Numbered from the stretch's first letter, positions 1 to 12,576 are shown. The stretch: DNA of 64,000 bases from Vermamoeba vermiformis (GCA_045837725.1 JBEWZL010000109.1:248001-312000); one strand, 5' to 3'. Numbers and translations are program-made. The notes: a model not told the origin generated them from the letters alone.

Positions 1-1701
1 TGGAGGTTCAACAAAGGGAGATCCTGGAGAACTTCAAACAAATTAGCGGTGTGCGTAGCGATCAACAAGCGACGGAGATATTACGACGACACAATTGGGA
101 CCTTGATGTAAATATAATTTATCAATATTGTACCCAACGAGTTTGACTAACACGTCAGCAAACTTTCCAGATTGCTTTGGAAAATACCTTGGTAAATAAT
201 AATGTAAATACGAACAGAGATAATATTGGCGAGGCAGTATTCGAGGCACAACCCAACAGGTATTAATATCAATATTATCCCATTGTTTAATTCTTTTATA
301 ACAAATAATAATTTTTGAAAATTTTCTAGAGGTCTGGTAGCTCGCACAATATCAGCTTTTACTTCCCTCTTTGGTAAGAACATTAAATATGACATATTAA
401 TACCAAATTTATTTATTTGATAATATTAGGCACATTTTTACCTGGCCCAAGAGAAATTACAGATTCGACAATTGCAGCGAATCGTCTAGTCTCATTAATT
501 GACCGCAAATATGGCAACCAACACCCTCAATTTTTTGTCGGCAGTCACCTGCAGGCATTGCAACGCGGCAAGGACCAATACAAGCTTGTTTTGCTGTACT
601 TACATTCTGACATCCACGAGGACACGCCGACCTTTTGCAAGTAAGTGAAAATAAATTAATTTATTACCGTGAGAACAATATTTAATGCAAAATAGGGACA
701 TCCTGTGCCATCCTTCCGTCCGCAATCTGATCGATGACAATTTCATTCTGTGGGGCGGTGACATTCATAATCCCGAGGCTTTTAGAGTACGTATTGAATT
801 TCAATTTTTATTTTTAATTATTAACAATTAACCCTGCACAGCTTAATACCTTCACTGAGGCCTCGACCTATCCATTCTTCGCAGTCTGCTGTGCCTATCA
901 AACCACGCCACAATTTCACAATTTGTTAGCACAGCGCGGCATCAATCCGCAGCTCGCGCGACGAATGGGCCTCGTGATCTTTGAGCGCATTGAAGGTGTG
1001 ACTACGAGAGAGGCATTCATTCAAAGTCTCAACGAAGCTCTTGAACGCAATGGTCCTATCTTGGCTGCTGCTCGTGCTGAGATGTACGTAGTAGTCAAAC
1101 TACCACCAAATAGATCACATTACTAATGACTGCGACAGGGAGGAGCGTGAGTCAGAACGCATCTTGCGTGAAGAACAAGACCGTGCCTTTCAAGACGCAC
1201 TGGCCGCTGATCGCGAAAAAGAACAAAAGAAGCGCGAAGAGGAGCTGTTGAGACAACAAGAAGAAGAACGACTGTTGCGCGAACAAGAAGAACTCGCACG
1301 CCAAGAGGAGCTGCGACTACTGGAAGAAGAGCGTCGTCAACAAGAGAAGCAAAAGAAATTGACCGAGCTGCCGCCTGAACCAGTCAAGGGCGAGCCTAAC
1401 ACATCGACCTTTGTCATTCGCTTGACTGACGGGCAAAAGATTCAGCGACGATTCAGATACGAGGACAAGATGGGCGTAAGTAGTGCCTTATTTGGACATT
1501 GGAACACGTGAAAGATTAACACGCTCTTCTCAGCTCGTCTTCGAATTCGTAGCTGCAAAAGACCCTACCACAGAGAAGTACAGCTTGGTGACACATTTCC
1601 CGCGCAAAGCTTACACGGATCCGAACCAGACCGTGAAAGAAGCAGGTTTGACACCTCAAGCACTGTTGTTTGTTGAAGAAGATCTATCAGCTAGCCAATA
1701 A
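1..1701 (+). CDS. UBA-UAS-UBX domain protein (FAF2/UBXD8-like p97 adaptor), multi-exon; start codon truncated at the window edge
   Basis: Spliced translation: EVQQREILENFKQISG...ILRRHNWDL (UBA-like); KLVLLYLHSDIHEDTPTFC (UAS); coiled coil REEQDRAFQDALAADREKE; UBX IRLTDGQKIQRRF...LVTHFPRK..TVKEAGLTPQALLFVE. GT-AG introns. Confidence 0.9.
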
Positions 1702-1776
1702 TGGTGAGCTACTATCGGTGAAGAATTGTACATAATAATAAACTCGTGTCTCGCATTCACAATGAGATTTTATTGA

Positions 1777-4628
1777 TTATATAAACAAAGTTTGTGTGTT
1801 GCTCGCAGCGCCATTGACAGTTGAAATCATGGGCACGCCACTGCTCTCCCAGCTCTTGCTCGGGGTAGCGCTCAAGTCCTTGTTGATCTGCACGGTCAAT
1901 TGATGCACGCCCTTCTTCTTCAACACTTTGCTGACTTGTTTCAACACGACTTGCTCGCTGGCAGTGCTGTCAATCACAATGTGAATGGAGCCAACCCAAT
2001 CGTCGGAAGTATTGGCCCAGAAATGTGGCTCGGAGTACTGAATGACGCCAGGAATGGTGCGGATCTGCTCCAACAACGAAGGCAATTTGCTATCAAAGCC
2101 AGCAGGAGCGCGTTGTAAGAGAGTGGCTGCAGAGCTCTTCAACAAGGGAATGACACTCAAGCCAATCAATACGGAGAGTGCAAATGAGCAGATCGGATCA
2201 GCAATGTTCCAGCCATAGAGATTGATCAAAATTGAGCTGATAATCACCGCCACACTGCCGAGAGTGTCTGCCAAAATATGCAAGAAAATGCCTTGCAAGT
2301 TCTCACTGTGCTCGTGATTGTGACCGTGGCCGTGATGGTGATGACTGTGACCATGGCCGTGATCGTGACCGTGATCGTGTTTCTTTTCTTTTTTGTGCTT
2401 CTTCTCTTTCTTCTTGTGATCGTGATCATGACCGTGATCGTGACCGTGGCCGTGATCGTGGTCACAGTGCTCGTCGTGCTTGTGCCCATGACCGGCTTCG
2501 TGCTCGTGGTCGTGTTTGTCCTTCTTCTTGCCACAGAGACTGTCCAACATGTCGCCGTGGAAAGCAAAAATTCCGACTAAATTGACCAAGAATCCAAGCA
2601 CTGAGACCAAGAGCAGGCGGTCAGTCTTGACCTCTGGGGGCTCGAATATTCTTTCAATGGAGCGCAACAAAATTGAGAAGGCAATGAAGCACAAAAACAC
2701 GCCGTTCACAAAGCCACTCAGCACTTCAACACGGCCATAGCTGACTCGAGTGTTAGACGGATTTTAACGATATATCTAGATGTGCACGTACCCGTAAGTG
2801 AAGACTTGATTGGGCTCCCACTTGGCAATGACTGAAGCGTAGAGACCAATGCCCAACGCAGTGCAGTCAAACAACATGTGGAACGCGTCGGAAATCAGAC
2901 CCAAACTGTTGGTCCAAAAGCCGTAAATTAACTCCACGAACATGAACGACAAGTTGACCATCACTGCAACGCAATTAGTATCAAAAACAACACTTGCATT
3001 CGATGGTCTGTACTTACAGAAAAGGAAAATCTTTCTGCTGTCAGCGTTTTCCCAAATAGTTTTGAGCACCAATTTAGCACCACGCGAGAACGACGGAGAA
3101 CCGAAGGACAATGCCGCGCTAGAGCCAGTGGGCAACAACGGTGCATCAGAGCTGTGCAAGTTGTGCTCGCGGAACAGAGTTTGAAATGCGAAGAAAAACA
3201 TGCCGAAGACAAGCAGAGCTGAGAACGAGAATCCAAATCCCCAGATCAAATTCATCAAAAATCCAGCTGCAAATGTAGCACCGAGACTGACTGACACGCG
3301 CATCGGTGCTTTGAGCTGCACTGCGGCCATAAAGTCCACGTGATAGTCTGCGGCAATCAACACGGCAGAAGTGACACCTGTCAACACCAACTTGTGGAAG
3401 AATGACACTTGTGCCACTGTCGCACTCTGTGTGGTGTGGCAGTTAGTCATTGCAACAATTCAGCGCAAAGATAAGCACGTACAGTGATGGACTGGTACAT
3501 CGCGAAGGGGAACAAAGCCATGGCAGCCGTGACGAGGCCGAGGGAGAACATGCGCTTAGAACTGCCGAACATGCCGTGCAACTTGCGCGCCATTCTCTTG
3601 CGCAGTGCTGTCAAGAGGACTGCAATGAACAGAGAAATTCCGCCGACAGTCGTGTCTGAAATGATCCACACGCCTGCACACTCGTCAATACACAATTGCA
3701 ATAGTCATATTAACCTCCACGTATTATTTCTATAGTTAATGAATAAGAGCTATGATTGATCGTACCTAATTGCCAGTGCTGATCTGAGACAGTGAGGGTG
3801 TGAGTGTTGGTAAAGAAATACAACAGCACTTGTCCCGCCAATGCGATGAATGCACCTCTGATCTATAAATAGCACCGCACTGTATTTAGTAATCTTGATC
3901 GTACAATAGCGATGAGTCATTACGCACCACTGCAGGGGTTTGAGTTCGGCTATTGAACACGGCAGCGATGACAAAGAATAAAACTGCATCGGCATATTGA
4001 CCAGCCAATAGTGTCCTATTTAGATAGCATTAATATTATTATAATTTTAAACAATTATTGTATTTTCGTCGGGTTTGGTTGCAGACGTCAGCGATTTTTG
4101 TTACCTTAAAGGGCCGTAGTATTTGACGGCGAAGCACCAAAATACTAAATTGAGAGCTAATACTATGCCATAGACACTCACGACAAACCACTGAAGTTGA
4201 AATTCGATCAGATCCGGTCATTTAAAATTTGAAACTTCGTTGCACTCTTCGCATTAATATGCTTACGTGTTTGCCTGTTAATTCTCTGCTCCAAGGCTTG
4301 TGTGCAACTAAAAATACAATGGCAGCGGGTAATAGGGTCCAAAATAGAAAAGTCGTGATCGGGTAGTGCGCGTTGTAAAACAGGTCGTGGAGAGGAAATG
4401 TAATTATCGCACTCAAAGATTTGACAATAGCGAATATTGCCAATAATCCAGTGGTCCTACAGAATTATTAGGGAGTTTTGTCAGTTAGATCTGAAAATAA
4501 TTATTAAATTGTCAAAAAAAAAACTTTAAAAAATTGCTGCAATTAAATCAAGTAATAAATCTATATACTCACGATATATCATTGACCTTCGTCTTCTCCT
4601 TAGCTATATCAATGTCTAGCAAAAACAT
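1777..4628 (-). CDS. Cation diffusion facilitator zinc transporter (ZnT5/ZnT7/Msc2-like) with long N-terminal TM region and His-rich loop
   Basis: NSLGLISDAFHMLFDC, FTYGY.RVEVLSGFVNG, (HG/HD)n loop, NLQGIFLHILADTLGSV, IADPICS. Start ATG inferred at 4628 (MFLLDIDIAKEK). Confidence 0.92.
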
Positions 4629-5605
4629 GTTGCGGTCATAATTCAAAACAACTAATAATAACTAGCTGAAAAAAGCCAAGCAATCGTCCACGAGCAGTAT
4701 AATAAAATAATAGGACCTGCTGCGCTCGTGGTCTCAAAGATGAAATTGAAAGGAGCGCGAGCCCAACTTGCGCACGGGATCAGCCCTGGTAAAACTGTTG
4801 GCCCTGGTTGAGAGGATCTATCAAGAGAGTAGCCTCGTCAACCCCACTACAACACTTAGGAGTATAAAACAGTTTTGGTTATATTTCTTGATGAGATTAG
4901 CCGTTCCCGTTGTTTGATCAGATGACGCGATCCTTTTATTGTTTGGTTTTATGTACAAAAAGGTCCTCGTTCTATGTGCTATATAGATAATAATTATATT
5001 CGTAAAGCTGTATTTTGACTAGTCATTTCCATCCAATTTAGCTCATAACTGTAAATTAAAATATCGTTAGCCATTCGAATATTTTAATAGATCCAGTTTG
5101 CTTACTAATTTGAGGTTTCTTAGGAGGTGAAGCCTTGTCCTTGAGAGGCTTAACGCCGTATACGAGACCGCAACCTAGACGAATTTGATATAAATAAATT
5201 GTTGCTATTAATTATTATAATAATTCCCAAGCGTATTTAATCAATGATAATACTGCATAAATACTAATAATATTATCAATTGTTATTTGAATTTTTTTGC
5301 AGTCGAATTATCGCTTACCAAGGATAAACAAAATAGTTCCAGCAACAGGGGCGGGGTATTTGCCCAAAGCCTTGGAAAATCGCAACAATTTGAGGCCAGT
5401 AGGGCTGGTGCTAGTGAGTTTAGTCTCGTGGTTCATTATATTATGGTGTTTGGTTGGACCTTCTGGAAAATAAAATGAAATTAATTTGAGAGCCAGTTGT
5501 TTATTTCAGCAGCCCCGGATCGCAAGCAATAAAGCCCGAAGTCACCATACATTTGGCCTAATTATTGTATTATTCACGCTAAATTTGAGCAACAAGCGTG
5601 TGCCC

Positions 5606-8578
5606 ATGGAGGCGATCTCAGAACAAGAACTTTACATTTCTAGGTGCTTGAAAAATGAGTGTGAGTGCCTCGCGTACGTTTCAATTAAGGTAATAATATT
5701 TTCCACGTTAATTGAGCTTATATTTGATCGTTTAATTGAGTAATAATTGACAGAATTATAATTTCTGTAGCTGAAAATCCTTTTGATAGGCGGAGAGTGT
5801 TTGCGACGCTTGTCAACATACTAGCAACGAACATGGCAGTACCAGCGTAAGGACCATGAAAAGCAATATTTGCATCCAGATCTGGCCTGAAAATGACTCG
5901 TTTTTCAATTTGTAGGACTCTGTAGCGAAGAAAATATACAAAGCAATGTTTGGTTTCGATGAAGTACGTCCCAATCACGATCAAGCGGTCTGTCTCGCTG
6001 TCGAGGGGCGTTCTATTGTACTGGTGCTACCCACCGGCAACGGCAAAAGTTACTGCTTTTGGGTACGTGTAGCGGTCAATATTAGACCTTGCAATGTTAA
6101 TAATCGAGTCCACTAGGCACCTGTGTTACTAAGCGAAGGTCTGGCCATCATTGTCGAGCCACTGCTCTCATTAATCAGTGACCAATTGACGCGCCTCAAC
6201 AAGGTATAAATGACAGTATTTTGCCAGTACTTTTAGCTTTCTAACGCAATGGCATTAGAAATACCTGCAACGAGAGGGCTATGAGGCAGTAGCAATTACA
6301 GGTGAGGGTCAAAAATACCCTGGCCAGTACGACATCAAGCAAGCAGACCTGTTCGCTCGATTGAGCAATCCAGGCACGCACAAACAGATTAAATTTATCT
6401 ACATGACCGCTGAGAAGTTGAGCAATTGGGTTGTGTCGAAGAAATTCGAACGACTGACACAGCTCACAAAGGTTAACAGGTCAGTCCCACTGCTCCAATT
6501 GAAATTGATTCAAACTGAAAATATAATGCGGTACTTCTAGAGTTATATTCGACGAGGCCTTTGTGCTAAGTCAGTGGAGTGATTTTAGGCCTGAGCACTA
6601 TCAGACTTTGAAAGCGATCACGACCTTGTTCCCAAGCATTCCCTACACTCTTGCCACAGGTACTTCAGTAATTGTGCTTCGTCCCTAGTGTACCTAACGC
6701 TCCCGCCATCAGCGTGCATGACACCCGCTACCTTGCAGACTCTTACTAAGAACCTCAACTTGGCCCCATCGGTTATCATTGGTGACCTGTCACGACCGAA
6801 CTTGTTGTATGTAGCTCACTCGTTAATTGCATCAGTATCTGATCAATTACGTCTGTGTCTGATCTTTTTGTAGTATCAATGTTCGGCGAAGGGGCATAGA
6901 AAAATATAATAGAAAGAAGGACGACGAAGACAACAAATCAGATCTGAGGGACGTTGTTAATTTGATCAACAAATACAAAAACGACTTTGGAATCATTTAT
7001 TGCAGTTCAAAGAGACAGTGTGACAAGTTATTAACGAGATTGCTCGAAGTACGTCCATAGACTGATTTAGTTATGCCATTAACAACTCCTCTTTTAGCTG
7101 GGCGTGAAAAATATTGACAAGTACTATGGCACGAGCATGACACACTCCTCGTCACAGCGCACATCAGCAGAGAACATTGCAACCATGAACAAGTGGCACC
7201 GTGGCGAGATCAAGTGCATGATTGCCACGACTGCTTTTGGCATGGGCATTGACAAGCCCAACGTGCGCTATGTCGTGCACTGGACCATGGCTGAATCAGG
7301 CGTGTCTTATTACCAGCAGATTGGACGGTACGTGCCATACCAATCAATGATGAATTAGTGCTCATGACCAAATAGAGCAGGCCGAGATGGACTTCCCAGC
7401 GAGTGTCTGCTGTACTACCACTACCTTCACAAGACGACCATTCAGAAGATCAAACAAGGCAATCCTAGTGCTGAGCGAGATGTGCGCAACATGTTCCGAT
7501 ATTGTCGCAATAACTACCTCTGTCGCCACGTGCAAATAAGTGTAAGGACAATAGCATGCCTACTCATTTGCACCACTAATCCCTGAGTAGATATTGATTG
7601 GTCAGCCCAAACTAGAGCCCTGTCGCAAGATGTGCGATGTGTGTCTTCGTCCTGGTGGCATTCCACAACTCGAATACGTGGATTATTCAGCCTACGCAAA
7701 GGACATATGCACATTTGGTAGGTCATCATTAACCTGTTCATAAGCACATACTCAATTTAGCAGTATGGAACATCAATCTGTCTGGCCTGCTGCATATCAC
7801 CTTGTCGGAGCTGCACCTATTGTTGATAAAGAAATCAACGAAGCACGATCTGACACAAAACGAAGAATTGAACGAACAACTTGACATTCTTCGACAGAAA
7901 TACTCGTCTTTGAGGGACTACAACCACGAGCTGTTGATTGAATTAGTTGTGCGAGGATTTCTGCGAGATGAGGTCACAGACGATAGCTCTACCATTGTAG
8001 CACATTTAAAGGTACGAATTTGTGCCAAATCAATGTACTAATGTGATTGCAGGTCGATGAAGAGCCACTGGACAAAGTGTTCGACTTTGTTGTACCCAAG
8101 CCATTGCTGGAAGTCCGTGTTGAGCTTCCTGAACCTGGGTCGACTGCAAAAAGAAAAAATCTGAAACGCAAGCGCGAGTTCCAAGACAGTTTTTTCGATG
8201 AAAAGATTGACGTGCCAGTGCATGAAATATCTAGTGATGAAGAGGGATTCACGAAAGAAGTGTGGAAAGTTGAGAAAATCCTCGATAGACAAGCAATTGT
8301 AAGAGCCATTGACCAAATGATTCCACGCCAATTAACGTGTATTTGCAGTACGCTGAGCCTTACTTGAGTGTTTTGTGGGAAACACAGGAAGTTACATTGG
8401 AACCGGAACAAGAAATACGCAGGAGTAAGTGACTAGTATTTACATGCTTACATGGCTCTTATCGTAGTATTTAGATTGCAGCAAGCTCTATCGTGAATTC
8501 AGAGCTGAGCAGGAGAGACAGGGCAAGTGGGCCTCTGAACCAACAAACATCTTCGAGCTCGATTTCTACTCGTCATAG
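5606..8578 (+). CDS. Divergent RecQ-family helicase with N-terminal Cys/His finger, RQC Zn-binding region and C-terminal chromodomain-like module
   Basis: FGFDEVRPNH, LPTGNGKSYCF, IVEPLLSLISDQ, YMTAEKL, FDEAFVLSQWSDFRPE, GIIYC, ATTAFGMGIDKPNVRYVVH, YYQQIGRAGRDG, CRH...CRKMCDVC; last exons give WKVEKILDRQ...YLSVLWETQEVTLEPEQEI. Confidence 0.88.
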
Positions 8579-9536
8579 GCCACTCAGTCGGTGCGAATTG
8601 AATTCACTGCTTTGCCTCGCCTGTGCTTCTGCGGGCTTCTTTCGACGGAACTTTGTTTTGTACAACCCTTGTTGGATAGTTAGCAATCATCTAGGTGTTA
8701 AAATGGACGTACGATAACCGATGTACACTACGAACAACAGTAGCAGCAAGAAGATGAGAAGTAAAAAGACGGCACTTGGATCGTTTTGCATGGCAATCCA
8801 TCTTGAGTACGTCCTGCGAATAAATACAATTAGTTGCTGCATGCGAGTAAAAGCTCTCACCATAACTCTCCGACGCATATCTTTCCATCGCTTGAATCAA
8901 CCATCCCTAGCGTTGCTATTAGACGACTCTCACGAGATCATTTACTCACCGTCCATGCACACTTTGCACACGTGTTGATAACAACGCAGTCCAGGCCCAC
9001 ACCAATTTGACACTCCGTAAGAACCTGTCATAGTGTTAGACAAACAATAAAGTGAAATGCCACGTGCCTGTATCGTAAGGACAATCTGCTTTATATAATG
9101 GATGCACCAGCACGCTGGCACATGTGCCGTTGTCGGTACAATATTCGTTGATATCGCACGTGAGACTCGTGGCGAAGGGATCGTGCCCTGAAGTGCCGGG
9201 AAAACATTCTCCGCACTGTGTTAAATGCCCTTGTTATTTAAATTACCACTACTGAGTATTATTACCAACCTGAGGTTTATTCGGATCTTCGTCAATAAAA
9301 AATGATACTTGGTTAGCAGCGCAGCCTCTATTATTGTCTTTGACGTTCGATAACCTCGAGACTGCCCTATTTTCTGGCCCTAAATTATTCGAAATTACTC
9401 TTCAGTCCAAATTTAAGTTTCGCGTACCAGCGCATGATCCAGGGTTAGGTGAGATGCCAGCGCTCTGATTAAACAAGCACGCAGCGTGGACTGAGTATAG
9501 GAGGCAGCAAAATAATACAGCAGCTCTCAACTTCAT
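8573..9536 (-). CDS. Small cysteine-rich single-pass membrane protein of unknown function
   Basis: Signal peptide MKLRAAVLFCCLLYSVHA; Cys-rich exons (CGECFPG...CDINEYCTDNGTC, WCGPGLRCYQHVCKVC); TM AVFLLLIFLLLLLFVVYIGY; basic tail KTKFRRKK; GT-AG introns. Confidence 0.7.
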
Positions 9537-9848
9537 GTTTAGTGTAATAATAATGAGTGGCGAAGCCTTGAAAAGTGCAGATTCGCAGTTTTCATTCAAG
9601 TTTCTGTTGGAGAATTAGCGTTCGTATCGCCAAGTTTAGAGTGTTATTAGTTTACCACATATACGAGCAAGTTATTGATTTGATAGGCTTCTTAAGAGAG
9701 CTTCCTCGACTTCGTTGTTTCGGGCTTGCTTTGTTCGTACTCCTTGATTTTACCCTTGATCTGGATCCAGCGCACCGCAAAAAGAGACCGGGATGACAAC
9801 AACAATATTTTTATGTGGATTTATTGTAGTTCATTTTTAACAAGGTTT

Positions 9849-10813
9849 TTATTCGTCATCACCAGCGTCTTTCTTGGCGGCGTTTCTGATCTTCTTTCTC
9901 TTAACGCGACCGGCTCTGCCTCCACCGAGAGGAGAGGTCAAAGAGTGACCGATAAACTTTTGGCTGTCAGTGCGAACAATAAAAGAGGGAACGTCAACCA
10001 TTTGCTTGCCAACTCTAAAAAAAATTATTGGGTTAATGATCGGATCTGCATCCAATTGGAAATAAATTTAAAAAAATATCCAACGCTAAAAGGATAAGCC
10101 GAAGTATATAAATAATTATTCTGAATACATACCTGACGTGTCTTTGCTTAATGAGAACACGAGCGTGGTGGATGGTCTTAGCCATACCGAGCTTGAGGAC
10201 TTGAGTTTGCAATCTTCGCTCAAGGAAATCAGCGACGTCCAAGGCCAAGACGTAATCCAACTTGTTCTTAGACTCGTCCATAACACCCATACGGTGCAAT
10301 CTGCGCAAGAGAGCAGAACCCTCGAAAATACGTCTGGGATCCTTCTCGTCCAAAGTCAACAACTCACGAGCAGCGGTTCTGATCTTCTTGAGAACGTATT
10401 TGACTCTCCAAACTTCACGCTTGTTCTTCAAACCAAACTCACCAACCAACTTGAGTTCGGAGTCGATGCGCTCCTTCTCGAAGGGGCGACGAGGAGTGGA
10501 GAAAGTCTTGGAGTCTACATGTAATTGGTTATTATATGGAACAAAAAATAATAATTAAACGCGTGCTGGTAGACCAAAAATAATAATAATTGTAATTATT
10601 AAATAGTATCTTCTTATTGCAGCAACCATCATTGGTGAAAGCAATGTAGATGCATTGTACGTATATTTTCCGTGTTATATTAAATAAGAGTAATAATGAG
10701 GCAATAAATGGTCCGTTGATCGTCAGTAAAACCAGATTTGGCCCAGATCCTGCAACGCTTAATCAATAGCCACTCCTATACTTACGATTTCTAAGTACAG
10801 AGGTGGTGGGCAT
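9849..10813 (-). CDS. RPS9: 40S ribosomal protein S9 (uS4)
   Basis: [37 protein letters not shown]...ERRLQTQV...[11 protein letters not shown]...VDVPSFIVR...[13 protein letters not shown]; 2 introns. Confidence 0.97.
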
Positions 10814-11360
10814 CTTCCACTATCGTTGTTGTCTTGGACTCTGTGTGCAGAAAGGGAAAGAATGAGGAAGCAAAAAGCGAAAAAACACCGAACCGAGACT
10901 TAACCGCAAAGTTAAGTCATGGTTTCACCTGATTGGCCAGAAAAAATCAAGTCGTCCACACAGGTTGGTAGAGCGTTTTTAAAGCCATTGATCACGCAAG
11001 TCAACAAATTATCAACATTAAATACTGCAAAGTACCTTTTCGCATCGCCAACCAGCGCGTAAACACAGATTGAGTTTTGTTGAGTCAGTTTTTATCCCGT
11101 TGACGAACTTTTGGAGTAACAGCATTCTATTATATTATTAAGATCGGGGGCAACTAATTAGCTGCTCCTCGCCATATCAGATCCAACCCAGACCGGCTTA
11201 TTGATCTTCAACAGTTTTGGTAATTTACAACAATTTTTATTCTTTGGTCTCTGGTAGTAGACGTGTTACGAAAGGTATGTCCGTCGATTGCACGTTAAGA
11301 TTAAGCAATAGAAATTTTTGTTGCCGCAGTTTTGTTTTTCTTACTGTCTGGACGATCACC

Positions 11361-12576
11361 ATGAACCCTTATTTGTATTCATTGACTATTCTTAAAGTAC
11401 TATGCAAGCGGGTGACATTCTTGTCTTCATGTTATCGCTGGTCCTTGCTGCACGAGGTTGAAGTTGATTATCACAAGCAATTTTCTTATGTATCACGCCT
11501 AGAAGATATCGAACGAAAGAGAATTTTTCTCGAGACTACAACACTAATTACGAATATCCGCTACAAAGTTGTCGAGGAAGAAATTAAGCACAATAATTTG
11601 CCAATTTTGAAATTATCCCCGCATCCAACCTTGTTCACGTAAGCTTTCTTTTTATCATGGTTCGCAGGCCTGAAAATATTTTAGACCAAACCAGACCGCT
11701 ATACTCTATTTACACGGTGGCATGTATTGTTTGGGATCTCCCAGAACCCATCAGGAGTTCTGTTCCTTGATTTTGCGGGTACGTCTTAACGAAAAGATGG
11801 AGGATAATCTAACAATTATTAGCGCACGAAGTGTCGAGTGTATCTACCACAGTACCGTCTCGCGCCTGAACACGCGAGCCCGGCTGCTGTTGAAGATGTC
11901 ATCAGTGCGTACGAGTACTTGCGGTCCGTCGAGGGCTACTCAGCTGAGAACATTATAGTTGCAGGCGATTGCGCTGGCGGAGGACTGACTGCGGGTTAGT
12001 AACACGCGCCGAATCTTTGACACGTAGACTAACCTCTCTAGCTCTGGTCCTGTCACTCAAACAGCGACAGCTCCCATTGCCTAGTGCTGTCATCATGTTG
12101 TCACCTGTCGTCGATTTATCAGAGTTGGTAAATGACAAGTGGAAGAATAAGAGAACAAAGGACATTGTCTGGCCAGCTGAGGATCATGTCCTCGCTCGTG
12201 CGTACTGTGGCACTACAGACCCGCGGGATCCGATTGTTTCACCGACATTTGGTGACTTGAGTTCGTTCCCTCCAACATTAATTCAAGTAAGCATCCAAGT
12301 TTCTTCAAGGCCCGGACTAAAGTTAATCAAAAGGTTGGCGGCTTCGAAAGTCTCAAAGAGTCGACTCTGGCATTTGTAGAGAAGCTCAAAGGACATGGCG
12401 TTGATGTCACGTGCGAGGAGTACGACACTGAGGTGCGCATGTTTCACATGATTGATGGCTCGCGACATCAAGTAAGGACAAACAGCACGTGTCATTCACG
12501 TACTCACGATACTTCTTTGCAGGATCAAGCTATCAAGAATATCTGCGCGTTTATCAAGGGTCACATCGCACAGTAG
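11361..12576 (+). CDS. Alpha/beta hydrolase, HSL/GDXG (Abhydrolase_3) family, with Cys at the nucleophile position
   Basis: [77 protein letters not shown]. Confidence 0.85.

Noticed and set aside
2244-2580. Thr-rich and Val-rich ORFs (107 and 100 aa) and hexamer-like repeats
   Set aside because: Alternative-frame and antisense shadows of the transporter's His/Gly/Asp loop; not separate genes or a CRISPR array.
10950-10990. GTTGGTAGAGC resembling a tRNA D-arm/A-box
   Set aside because: No acceptor stem, anticodon arm or TTC-containing T-loop; no tRNA gene could be built here or elsewhere in the window.
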